DNA of 64,000 nt from Thermodesulfobacteriota bacterium (GCA_040755455.1 JBFMAY010000001.1:135896-199895); one strand, 5' to 3'; counted from the first letter of the stretch, positions 34,551 to 43,611 are shown. Notes: a model not told the origin generated them from the letters alone. Numbers and translations: made by a program.

Positions 34551-35213
34551 ATGCCAGAGCAATTCCGCTGCGAGCTTGTCTCCTGGAACAAGATGTACAA
34601 TATGACCCGGCTGCTGGCCGCAAAGATCAAGCAGCAGGGCTTTGCCCCGGACATGATCGTGGCCATCGCCAGGGGCGGTTGCATCCCGGCGCGGATACTG
34701 TGCGATCACCTGGACATCAGCCGGCTGACCACTATACAGGTGACCCACTACGAGTCAGGGGCCAGCAAGAAAAAAAGCGCGCATCTCATCGAGGCCTTGC
34801 GGGCGGATATCCGGGGCAGCAAGGTGCTCATTGTTGATGATGTCAATGACACCGGCCAGACCCTGGAGCTGGCCCTGCAGCACATGCAGAGTTTTCATCC
34901 GGCCGAGGCCAGGGTGGCCGTGCTGCACGATAAGCAGGTTTCCACCTTCTCCCCGGACTTTTACGTGGCAAAGGTGCGAAAATGGCGGTGGATCATCTAT
35001 CCGTGGGCGGTGATTGAGGATGTGGGCGGCCTGCTCGGCAGGAGGGCGACAAGACCGGCAACGCCGGCGGAGGCGGCCCAGGTTTTTGCCCAGGAGTTTG
35101 CCTGCCGGCTGCCCCGGCAGATTGTGGAGGATGTGTATGCCCTGGCCGGCTGGACGGAACCGCCTGCCGACAGATGTGTCTCCATCCTGCAGACAGCGCA
35201 AAAAAGCAAGTGA
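34551..35213 (+). CDS. Purine (xanthine/guanine-type) phosphoribosyltransferase
   Basis: PRPP loop 'VLIVDDVNDTGQTL'. 'IVAIARGGCIPARIL' and 'WIIYPW' parallel E. coli Gpt. The gene starts 9 nt after the upstream stop. Confidence 0.85.
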   Translation: MPEQFRCELVSWNKMYNMTRLLAAKIKQQGFAPDMIVAIARGGCIPARILCDHLDISRLTTIQVTHYESGASKKKSAHLIEALRADIRGSKVLIVDDVNDTGQTLELALQHMQSFHPAEARVAVLHDKQVSTFSPDFYVAKVRKWRWIIYPWAVIEDVGGLLGRRATRPATPAEAAQVFAQEFACRLPRQIVEDVYALAGWTEPPADRCVSILQTAQKSK

Positions 35214-35409
35214 TTTTATTATGCTGCAGACAGTTATTTCCCTTTACTGGTTATAAAAGGGGAGGTAATATCGAATAAAAATTGCTGACAAGGGAGAAAA
35301 ATGTGCCCTTGCGGCGTGAAAGAAATAGGCAAGCGGTACTATCCACCGTGCTATCAGAAAGAAATACTGTTAACCATTTATCAACAACCAATAATTGAGG
35401 AAGAAATCA

Positions 35410-35727
35410 ATGAAACTGATGAGTAAAGCTGTTGCTTTTGGCCTTATGTCCCTGCTGGCCACCGGCATGATCGCCTGCGAACAGAAAAAAGAAAAAGCTG
35501 AAGTAGCGCCTGCGGAAAAAGCCGCGCCGGCGGTTGAGCAAACGGCCCCTGCCGCGGAAGTTCAGGCCCCTGCTGCGGAAGTTCAGGCTCCTGCTGCAGC
35601 GCCCCAGGCCCCCGTTGAAGAGGTAATTCCCCCAGAAGAAGAACAACCGGTTGATGTCCCCTCACCCGACAGTGAGCCCCAGGCTGAAGGGCAGCCGGCC
35701 CAGGCCCCTGCCGCCGACAAGCATTGA
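35410..35727 (+). CDS. Small lipoprotein with an Ala/Pro/Glu-rich repeat region
   Basis: Lipobox 'LLATGMIAC' and SD GAGGAAGAA. A tandem 'APAAEVQ' repeat comes from a 21-bp DNA duplication. Confidence 0.7.
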   Translation: MKLMSKAVAFGLMSLLATGMIACEQKKEKAEVAPAEKAAPAVEQTAPAAEVQAPAAEVQAPAAAPQAPVEEVIPPEEEQPVDVPSPDSEPQAEGQPAQAPAADKH

Positions 35728-35743
35728 TGCATGATTGATTTCC

Positions 35744-35777
35744 GGGGGCGGCGCAGTTGGCTGCCCTCGTTTTTTTA
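35744..35777 (+). terminator. Rho-independent terminator
   Basis: GGGGGCGGC-gcagttg-GCTGCCCTC forms a 9-bp stem (two G-U pairs) followed by GTTTTTTTA. Confidence 0.65.
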
Positions 35778-35977
35778 TCGCTCCGCTTTTTCTCTCCTGA
35801 TTTTGCCCCTGATGCGGTCTGTACCTGGAATTCCTTCCACTCCTTGACGGGACTTGTTTATTGTTCATCCAAAAGGCAGTACATGCCCTGCTGCAGGAAG
35901 TAAAACCCTGCCCGACCCGCGGGAATGCAACGAGGGGTTACAGGGCAGGTTGCCGGCGAACGGGCCTCCTTTGCCGA

Positions 35978-36832
35978 TCAGTGGTCAGCGCCGATCACGA
36001 CAACCCTGTTGCGTCCCTCATTTTTCGCCTGATAGAGGGCCTTGTCGGCATTGTTGATCAGGGTGTGCAGATCAACAGCTGTCGTCCGGCCATGGTTGAA
36101 ACCCGCTACTCCTATACTCACGGTGATTTTGATGGCAGGATGGCAGGACTCTTCATCCTGCGTGGCCATTTCCGTCGCGGCAATTTTCCGGCGTAAACGC
36201 TCCGCCAGCACAGCGGCGTGCGAGGCGATGGTGTTCGGCATGATGACCAGCACCTCTTCCCCGCCGTAGCGGGCCACAATGTCAATATCCCGCACGGTTG
36301 ATAAGATCAGCTGGGCGAGCTTCTGCAGCACCAGGTCGCCGGTCTGGTGCCCGCAGGTGTCGTTGACCATTTTAAAGCGATCAATATCAAGCAGCAGGAT
36401 GGCAAGGGGCAGATTATATCTTTGCGACCGTAAAAATTCTTCCTTGAGACGGCGGTCCAGATAGCGGCGGTTAAAAATACCCAGCAGGGGATCGGAGATG
36501 TTCTCCTGCTCAAGAATATTGATCCGCTGGAGATCAATAACTGTTTTCCACGACAGAAAGCAGACCAGCAGCACAAAAATGGCGCCCCCCAGAAACACTC
36601 CCGGCACTAACAGTCCGGAAAAGGAGCTGCAGTTCCTCCAGTTGACAAAACCGTAAGTAATATATCCGGCGATAAAGAAGAGGATCAACAGGGTCAGGAC
36701 ATTCCACAGCGAGCGGGCCGATCCCTTAGGAAGCTCCCAGGTCAGTTTCCAGACCGGAAAGAGGGCGACGGTGAGAATGATCGTCCCTGCGCTGAGCAGG
36801 CCATTCATCAGATAAAATGTGACATTTTCCAC
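35978..36832 (-). CDS. Membrane-anchored diguanylate cyclase (GGDEF family, GGEEV variant)
   Basis: About 4 N-terminal TM helices. 'FNRRYLDRRL', 'DIDRFKMVNDTCGHQTGD' and 'RYGGEEVLVIM' are present, with I-site 'RDID' upstream. Confidence 0.88.
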   Translation of the reverse strand: MENVTFYLMNGLLSAGTIILTVALFPVWKLTWELPKGSARSLWNVLTLLILFFIAGYITYGFVNWRNCSSFSGLLVPGVFLGGAIFVLLVCFLSWKTVIDLQRINILEQENISDPLLGIFNRRYLDRRLKEEFLRSQRYNLPLAILLLDIDRFKMVNDTCGHQTGDLVLQKLAQLILSTVRDIDIVARYGGEEVLVIMPNTIASHAAVLAERLRRKIAATEMATQDEESCHPAIKITVSIGVAGFNHGRTTAVDLHTLINNADKALYQAKNEGRNRVVVIGADH

Positions 36833-37204
36833 TGGTAGTCCACAATAATCAGCATCCTGTCTTTGCCATCAATCCTGCAGCAATTTTGAGCGGGTAGCAA
36901 AATAACCGGCAGTGGCGGCAATTGCCATATTTTATTGTAAACAGATTATTTTTCTCAATTGGGGACATTATGGCAGTTGGCCGGCGGCTGATCAAGAAAA
37001 ATACCATGAGTGGGAAAATGGATGCTCTGCGCAAATGCACCAGGCAGGGAGGTCAAATTGTACGGGGGCACATGGTTGATGATATAAGTTGATAATCAAT
37101 TTCGGGAAATTATATAATAAGGCAATGAACGGACGGCCCGTTATCAGTCTTGCCTCATGAGCCCGCTCGGATTGTTTCCCCACCAACAATGGAGATGTTT
37201 CCTC

Positions 37205-38872
37205 ATGAAAAAAATGTCGCTCAGGTTGAAGATATCCTGCATCATGATTTTCATCGCAGTTGTGACAGCCTGCTTCTTCGCTGTTTTTATGTATCAGCGC
37301 AACATCAATAAAGCGTATGATGATGCCCGGGGCTACGCCGATGATCTGCTGGCCAGAACCGTGCAGATGTTCATGGTTTCCACCACCAGATTTCACGATG
37401 ACTTTCAGCGGACGCAAGGGAATCCTGAGGAAAGAAAAAAGATCCTGAATGATTGGAACCGGACGATCTTTGCCGTGGATCAGGCCGTTATTCATGACCA
37501 TGGGGCGGACAAGCCGAGAGTGAGGTTGATTGGCGATAAGCAGCTTTTTCAATATGCGCCCCTGGGCGGCGACAATACGAAAATACAGATACCATTTGAA
37601 ACGGAAGCGGGGAAATCCCTGTTGCATGGCGAGAGTAAAGTCGAAAAGATTGAGGACGGTTTTCTGCGGGTGGCCATCCCCCTATGGAGTGATGTCTTCA
37701 TCGGATGTGCGGAATGTCATTTTTCCGAGGTTGAAAATGACCAGGCCGATATGAACCGGCATATCCTGCTGGGGACCTTGAATGCCTATATGCCACTGCA
37801 GCAGATGGTGGCCCAGGCAAGAATTGACGCGGTGGTCATCATTGCGCTGTTCATACTGGCCGTGTTCATGCTGATCGGTGTTGTCTATTGGTTGGTCAGC
37901 CTCTCAGTGGTGAAGCCGTTTGTGGTGGAAATCGACAGCCTCAATGGCAGTGCGGAGCATGTGTCCCTTTCTTCCCGGCAACTCTATGCCGCAAGTCTTG
38001 CCATGGCCGAGGGTGCTTCGGAACAGGCGGCATCCATCGAGGAGACGTCGGCATCCCTGGAGGAAATGTCCTCCATGACCAGGCGCAACGCCGATAATGC
38101 CCATCAGGCTGACAGTTTCACCCGGGAGGCAAGCCAACTGGTGACAACGGCCAATGATTCCATGGGCAAACTGAGTGGCTCCATGGAGGAAATTTCCAAG
38201 GCCAGCGATGAAACATCGAAAATCATTAAAACCATCGATGAGATCGCCTTCCAGACCAATCTGCTGGCGCTCAATGCGGCGGTGGAGGCGGCCCGTGCCG
38301 GGGAGGCCGGCGCAGGGTTTGCCGTGGTTGCCGATGAGGTGCGGAACCTTGCTTTACGGGCCGCCAATGCAGCAAGGGATACCGCAGGGCTCATTGAGGC
38401 GACGGTGAGCAAGGTAAAGGACGGGAAAAATCTTGTCGGAGCAACAAACAGTTCTTTTGCCGAGGTGTCCACCAGTGTCGGCAAGGTCAGCCAGCTCGTG
38501 ACTGAAATCGCTTCAGCCTCCACTGAGCAGGCGAAAGGCATTGATCAGATCAACCGCGCAGTGACGGAAATGGACAAGGTTATCCAGCAGAATGCCGCCA
38601 ATGCCGAACAATGCGCCGCGACTTCGGAACAGATGGAGCTGCAGTCCGGCAAGATGAAGGGGGTGGTCCGGAGTTTGCTGAGGTTAATCAAGGGGGATGA
38701 CAGCGGCAGCGATGCGGTTGCCCCGGCCCAGGTCGTAAGACCTGCGCCGAAAAAATCTGCTGCCGCGCCCGCCCAGGTCGAGCAAAAACGGCAGGAATCC
38801 ATTCCTGGACCCAAAAAACTTGAATTAAAGAAAGAGATTAAGGCAAATGATAATGATTTTGAGGAGTTTTAG
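37205..38872 (+). CDS. Methyl-accepting chemotaxis protein with a CxxCH-containing periplasmic sensor domain
   Basis: Two TM segments flank a ~190-aa domain carrying 'CAECH' (nt 37706-37720). The MCP signalling hairpin is '[37 protein letters not shown]'. Confidence 0.9.
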   Translation: MKKMSLRLKISCIMIFIAVVTACFFAVFMYQRNINKAYDDARGYADDLLARTVQMFMVSTTRFHDDFQRTQGNPEERKKILNDWNRTIFAVDQAVIHDHGADKPRVRLIGDKQLFQYAPLGGDNTKIQIPFETEAGKSLLHGESKVEKIEDGFLRVAIPLWSDVFIGCAECHFSEVENDQADMNRHILLGTLNAYMPLQQMVAQARIDAVVIIALFILAVFMLIGVVYWLVSLSVVKPFVVEIDSLNGSAEHVSLSSRQLYAASLAMAEGASEQAASIEETSASLEEMSSMTRRNADNAHQADSFTREASQLVTTANDSMGKLSGSMEEISKASDETSKIIKTIDEIAFQTNLLALNAAVEAARAGEAGAGFAVVADEVRNLALRAANAARDTAGLIEATVSKVKDGKNLVGATNSSFAEVSTSVGKVSQLVTEIASASTEQAKGIDQINRAVTEMDKVIQQNAANAEQCAATSEQMELQSGKMKGVVRSLLRLIKGDDSGSDAVAPAQVVRPAPKKSAAAPAQVEQKRQESIPGPKKLELKKEIKANDNDFEEF

Positions 38873-38888
38873 CTGGCGGCCGCGCAAT

Positions 38889-38920
38889 GGACGGCGACGC
38901 CGGAAGCGCCATCGCCGTCC
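38889..38920. terminator. Hairpin between convergent genes (possible bidirectional terminator)
   Basis: GGACGGCGA and TCGCCGTCC form a perfect 9-bp stem with a 14-nt loop. There is no clear U-tract. Confidence 0.3.
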
Positions 38921-38928
38921 GTGGCGAA

Positions 38929-41292
38929 CTACATGGAGCTGATCTGCAGATCGATCAGGTCATCCATTCTGTCCAGGTAAATATCCAGGGGCTGCTGCCT
39001 GAGGGCGGCGAGTCCGACCCGGAGATCCAGGGCCTGGATATCATGGGCGAGAGAGGGCGAGCCGACTATCTTCTCCGCCTCGTCATAGCGGTTCAGCTTG
39101 ATCAAGGCCTTGGCGCAATTGATGGCCGCTTCCGCGCTGCTGCCGGCAATGGGGTTAAGGATCTCGTATGCCTTTTCAGGCCAGCTGTTGGCCAGCAGTA
39201 TCCGGCCCGTATGTTCCATGGTGGAGTCGTTCCGGGGCAGCAGGTCAAGCAGGGGCTCCGCCTGGTGCCGAAAGCCGAGTTTCAGGTAGAAATTCAATAG
39301 GCTGAGGAAGTCGGTCATTTCTCCCATGAGTTTCTGCGGCAGGGAGTCCTTGAGCACCATGTAATAGAGATTTTCGTTCTGTTTGCGCAGACCGTCCAGA
39401 TCATTGAAGCGATAGATGTTCTGCGGCGGGTTATCCGGCAGACCATCCATATGGTCAATGATGACGGGCTCCATCACCTGATGGAGAAAAACCTGGAACA
39501 TGAGGGTCCGGCCGGCGAGTTCACTGCGGCCGTAATCAGCCGGGAAGCTTACCGGAAACTGGCTGACCCTGCCTCCCTTCATGCCCTGCAGACCGGCCTC
39601 GAAATCAGGGAGGAGTTTGCCGCTGCCCAGCACGGCATCCTGGTAATAGGCCTCGGTGGCCGGCACAACCTGGCCGTCCAGAATACCCTTGCAGTCGTAT
39701 ATAACCTTGCAGCCGTGGGCTGCGGTGCCGCGGCGTTTGCAGCGAAAGCCGGTAAACGGTCCGGCCAGGAAGCTTGTTACCTCCGGATCATGGGGAAATT
39801 GAGCCTTGAGCCGGGTCATGCATTGATGGGCGGCATGAAATTCCTCCAGGCACAGATAAATCTGCGTCAGCATGATGAGGGCCTCGGGCCGGCAGGAAAG
39901 GGCCGCGAAGTTTGCGGTGATGAAGCCCGCCACCTCGAAAAGGTTGCTGCCGGTGGCAACGTTTTCCTGGAAATCCTGACGATTCAGGCGCCACAGCATG
40001 CTCATTCGCCGGATTTCCTCCTCGCTCATGGCGTCGGTGGCGAAATCGCGGCATATGCTCAGGTAAGCTGGTTTGGTCACGGCCAGCGGTTTGATGCCAT
40101 GGGCCTCATGGTCGTCAAGGATGGGGATGCCGAAGAAGAGGTGCAGCTGCTGGGAAATGGAATTGCCGCTGACGGGCACCCTGTTGGCCTTGACAAAATC
40201 CAGGGTTTTCTGGGCATGGGCAAATGACTCCCCTGGCAGGCCGAAGAGGGTGAAGAGTTCAACGTTGATGCCGGCCTGCTGGACTTTGCCGATGACCCCG
40301 GCGAGTTTTTCCGGGTTGAGTCCCTTATTGATTCTGGTCAGCACCTCGTGGTCGGCTGATTCGAGTCCGAAGGCAATGGTGTGGGCCCCCGCTTTTTTGA
40401 GCAGCTCGAGCAGCTCGTCATCAATGAGATTGTATCTGGTCTGGCACCAGAAGGTGATGGCCGGGCATTGGGTAATGATGCTGCGCAGCAGCTCAACAAG
40501 CCGCCCGCGGGAAAAGGCGAAGTTGGGATCGGCAAACCAGAAGTCGCGGATGCCCCTGGCCTGCAGATGTTTGATTTCGGCCGTGACCCGGCCGATGGAA
40601 TGAAACCGTACCTTTTTATTGCTGGCGCGGGTGGTGTAACAGAAGGTGCAGGGCGAGGTGCAGCCCCGGGAGGTGAGGAGAATAACCCGGCTCTTGCCGG
40701 CCGTGTCGATGATCCCTTCCAGGTAGGGGGAGGGCAGGCTGTCAAGGTCCTCCACCACCTCCGCCGGTGGGGTGTCAACCGCCTTTCCCTGATCCAGGTA
40801 GCAGATGCCCGGCACCTCGGCAAGGGGCCTGCCCTTGTCCAGGGCCCGGCCAAGGGCAGGCAGTACTCCTTCACCTTCCCCCCGGCACAGGATGTCCACG
40901 TTCTTCATCTGGAGCAGGGCCGCGCCGGGCATGAAGGTGATCTGGGGGCCACCCAGGATTACCAGAATTTCCGGGCGGAGCCTTTTGGCATAACTGGCCC
41001 AGACCAGCACCCTGTTGATGTTTTCGTCATAAACCGAAAAACCGAGCACATCCGGTTTTTCGGCGGCAAGCATATCGCGGAAAAGTTTCGGCGGCAGAGG
41101 TCTGTCCTTGTAATCGCCGAGAATGGTGCCGCTGTAGCCGTGCTTCCTGAGGGCGGCCAGAGCGTAGGCCTGGGAGATGGGAATGGTATCCGGGGAGTCG
41201 ATGGTGGCCCATTCATTGACATGTATGAAGAGAAAGTTTGTCCTGTCTGCCTGTCGGTTTTGCTTCATGACGTGGCTGCTCCTGCTCATCAT
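38929..41292 (-). CDS. B12-binding radical SAM protein fused to an FKBP-like PPIase segment and a TPR-like tail
   Basis: The N-terminal part is B12-binding-like ('DVLGFSVYDEN...VILGGPQITF'). The radical SAM cluster is 'RGCTSPCTFCYT' (CxxxCxxC). The FKBP/trigger-factor-like part is 'LGSGKLLPDFEAGLQGMKGGRVSQFPVSFPADYG...FQVFLHQV'. The start could be ATG 41268, which has AGGAG upstream. Confidence 0.85.
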   Translation of the reverse strand: MMSRSSHVMKQNRQADRTNFLFIHVNEWATIDSPDTIPISQAYALAALRKHGYSGTILGDYKDRPLPPKLFRDMLAAEKPDVLGFSVYDENINRVLVWASYAKRLRPEILVILGGPQITFMPGAALLQMKNVDILCRGEGEGVLPALGRALDKGRPLAEVPGICYLDQGKAVDTPPAEVVEDLDSLPSPYLEGIIDTAGKSRVILLTSRGCTSPCTFCYTTRASNKKVRFHSIGRVTAEIKHLQARGIRDFWFADPNFAFSRGRLVELLRSIITQCPAITFWCQTRYNLIDDELLELLKKAGAHTIAFGLESADHEVLTRINKGLNPEKLAGVIGKVQQAGINVELFTLFGLPGESFAHAQKTLDFVKANRVPVSGNSISQQLHLFFGIPILDDHEAHGIKPLAVTKPAYLSICRDFATDAMSEEEIRRMSMLWRLNRQDFQENVATGSNLFEVAGFITANFAALSCRPEALIMLTQIYLCLEEFHAAHQCMTRLKAQFPHDPEVTSFLAGPFTGFRCKRRGTAAHGCKVIYDCKGILDGQVVPATEAYYQDAVLGSGKLLPDFEAGLQGMKGGRVSQFPVSFPADYGRSELAGRTLMFQVFLHQVMEPVIIDHMDGLPDNPPQNIYRFNDLDGLRKQNENLYYMVLKDSLPQKLMGEMTDFLSLLNFYLKLGFRHQAEPLLDLLPRNDSTMEHTGRILLANSWPEKAYEILNPIAGSSAEAAINCAKALIKLNRYDEAEKIVGSPSLAHDIQALDLRVGLAALRQQPLDIYLDRMDDLIDLQISSM

Positions 41293-41595
41293 TTATAGAT
41301 GTGTCGCGTTTATTTTTTTGTTATATTTCCTTTCGCCCCTGCTGAGCAGCGTAGTCAAACGGCAAGCTGTCGATGTGCATGTGCATTGCGGTGCTGAGCC
41401 GGGCGGACCGTTAATTGATAAATTGTCGCAAGTAAGTCATGTGTCTGTTTCACCAAAAAAAGAGCAGGAAACAAGACATGGCTTCAAAATTTTCAGTACA
41501 TTATCGTGTGAAATATCAGTTGTCAATCGATCCTGTGCATTTAATGCCGTGGGGTAATGGTAGGAGAGTTTTTCCGTTGCCTTGCATTGTTCCGG

Positions 41596-41624
41596 TTGAC
41601 AAAAAGGATATTTGTAGATAAATC
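41596..41624 (+). promoter_or_regulatory. Candidate sigma-70-type promoter (TTGACA-17 nt-TAAATC)
   Basis: A perfect -35 hexamer and a 4/6 -10 hexamer lie ~60 nt upstream of ATG 41685. Confidence 0.3.
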
Positions 41625-41684
41625 AGATTGTGATGTAGGTATTGGTACCTAAACCGGCTTGAAATTTTTCTTTTTCCCCCGTAA

Positions 41685-42653
41685 ATGACGCCATACAGAC
41701 CTCTGACCATAATCAGTCATCCGCATTACCTGGAGCATGATACAGGAGGCGGAGACCATCCGGAAAGCCCTGAACGTCTACGATTCATTGATAGGCAGCT
41801 CAAGGACAGCCCCCTTTCCCCCTGCATCACTAAAAAAACCGCCAGAAGAGCGCTGCGGGAGGATGTCCTCGTCTATCACACGGAGGCCTATCTGTACCGC
41901 CTGGAAGAAACCGCCCTGAAAGGACAGACCTATATTGACCACCGGGACAATCAGATCTGTTTCGAGTCCTTTGAGGCGATTCTGCTTGCGGCCGGGGGCT
42001 GCCTGACCGGCATCGATCTGCTGGAAGAGGGCAGCGATCTGGTTTTCTGCTGCATACGGCCTCCGGGCCACCATGCGGAACGGGCCATGGCCCTGGGTTT
42101 CTGTTTCGTCAATAATGCGGTTGTCGCCGCCAGGTACTGGCAGAAACGGTATGGACGACAAAAAATTGCCGTCATCGACTGGGACGCCCATCACGGCAAC
42201 GGCATCCAGGATGCCTTTGAGGAAGACCCTGATGTTTTTTACATCAGCATCCATGAGCATCCCACTTTCAGCTTTCCGGGCACCGGCTATGCCGAGGAAA
42301 AAGGCCTGGGGGCAGGGGCCGGCACCACCCTGAATATTCCCCTGCCGCCCGGGGCCGATGACGCCATGTTTCTCCGCGCTATGAGCAAATTCGTGGAGCC
42401 GGCCCTGGACGTCTTCCGGCCGGAGAGGATTATCGTTTCCGCCGGATTTGACGGGCATGTGCTGGATGACATGTCAGGACTGTCCTACAGCACGGAGCTT
42501 TACGGCGTGATCGGCGAGCGGATGGCGGCACTGACCGACAGGTATTGCCAGGGGAAAAGCCTGTCGATCCTGGAAGGCGGCTATCATCTGGAAGCCCTGG
42601 CCGCCAGCGTTGAACGTTACCTCCTTGGCCTGGCCAAGTGTAAGCCGTTGTAA
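41685..42653 (+). CDS. Histone deacetylase-family (AcuC/HDAC-like) deacetylase
   Basis: 'IRPPGHHA', 'VIDWDAHHGNGIQ' and 'LEGGY' are the arginase/deacetylase-fold catalytic motifs. Confidence 0.9.
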   Translation: MTPYRPLTIISHPHYLEHDTGGGDHPESPERLRFIDRQLKDSPLSPCITKKTARRALREDVLVYHTEAYLYRLEETALKGQTYIDHRDNQICFESFEAILLAAGGCLTGIDLLEEGSDLVFCCIRPPGHHAERAMALGFCFVNNAVVAARYWQKRYGRQKIAVIDWDAHHGNGIQDAFEEDPDVFYISIHEHPTFSFPGTGYAEEKGLGAGAGTTLNIPLPPGADDAMFLRAMSKFVEPALDVFRPERIIVSAGFDGHVLDDMSGLSYSTELYGVIGERMAALTDRYCQGKSLSILEGGYHLEALAASVERYLLGLAKCKPL

Positions 42654-42686
42654 AAAAATAACTGTAACATCGCCATTACGGTGAAC

Positions 42687-42744
42687 GGCATAACGGGCCG
42701 TAACGAAATGGTCAGAGATGTAATGGTTATTGCAACGGCCCCTA
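42687..42744 (+). repeat. Copy B of the ~58-nt intergenic hairpin repeat
   Basis: GGCATAACGGGCCGTAACGAAATGGTCAG...GGTTATTGCAACGGCCCCT. The arms GGGCCGTAACGAAAT and ATTGCAACGGCCC are imperfectly complementary. Confidence 0.7.
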
Positions 42745-42787
42745 ACCCGATATAAAAAAACAATATCGTCGTCCCGATGTCAGAGAC

Positions 42788-42845
42788 GGCATAAGGGGCC
42801 GTAACGAAATGCTCAAAAAAGAAGAGGTTATTTCGCAACGGCCCT
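42788..42845 (+). repeat. Copy C of the ~58-nt intergenic hairpin repeat
   Basis: GGCATAAGGGGCCGTAACGAAATGCTCA...GGTTATTTCGCAACGGCCCT forms a 14-bp stem with a 2-nt internal mismatch. It ends 5 nt before the AAAGGAG SD of the next gene. Confidence 0.7.
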
Positions 42846-42862
42846 AAATAAAGGAGTGGAAA

Positions 42863-43540
42863 ATGTATATAGCACGCCATATGACCTCACCGGCGCTGAC
42901 TGTTTCCCCGGACACCCTGCTGCCGGATGTCCGTGAAATCATGAATACCCGCAGGTTCAGGCACCTGCCGGTGGTCGATGAGCAGCAGCGGTTGATCGGT
43001 ATGATCACCGACCGGGATCTGCGTTCCGCCTATCCCTCCTCGCTGCTGCCCGAGGACAAGCGGCTGGCTATCCTGGAGAAGGTGGCCAAGACCGAGGTCA
43101 GGTCCATCATGTCCCAGAAGATCATTGCCATTACCCCGCTTTCCACCCTGGATGATGCCCTCTATTTCCTGTCCAAGGAAAAAATCGGCATGCTGCCGGT
43201 GGTTGATGAGGAACAGCATGTTATCGGCGTCTTTTCCGTCCATGACCTCATGATGGCCTATAAAAAACTCTATGGCATCGGCGATCGCGGTTCCGCACTG
43301 ATTGCCGTGGAGGATGACGGCAAGCCGAAACCTCTGACCAGAATCGTCCGGGTGCTGGAGGAGCGGGAAATCCGCTTTTCCCGCCTGACCAGGGTCCATG
43401 GCGAGGCCGGGGAAAAGAAGATCATCTATCTGCGCGTCCATACCTTCAACCTCAATGTGGTGCATAAGGCGCTGAAAGAAATCGGCATGACCATGATGGT
43501 TCCCGATCTGCAGGAAATTCTGCCAAAGCCCCATGCCTGA
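42863..43540 (+). CDS. CBS-pair + ACT-like domain protein (AcuB-like)
   Basis: Two CBS motifs ('HLPVVDEQQRLIGMITDRDL', 'MLPVVDEEQHVIGVFSVHDL') are followed by a ~70-aa ACT-like C-terminus. SD AAAGGAG lies upstream. Confidence 0.85.
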   Translation: MYIARHMTSPALTVSPDTLLPDVREIMNTRRFRHLPVVDEQQRLIGMITDRDLRSAYPSSLLPEDKRLAILEKVAKTEVRSIMSQKIIAITPLSTLDDALYFLSKEKIGMLPVVDEEQHVIGVFSVHDLMMAYKKLYGIGDRGSALIAVEDDGKPKPLTRIVRVLEEREIRFSRLTRVHGEAGEKKIIYLRVHTFNLNVVHKALKEIGMTMMVPDLQEILPKPHA

Positions 43541-43611
43541 TCGAGCCGGTCTGAGCTTTTTCTCGCAATACCGGTAACTACCGCAGCAACCTGGGGGGAG
43601 GTGGGTTCATC

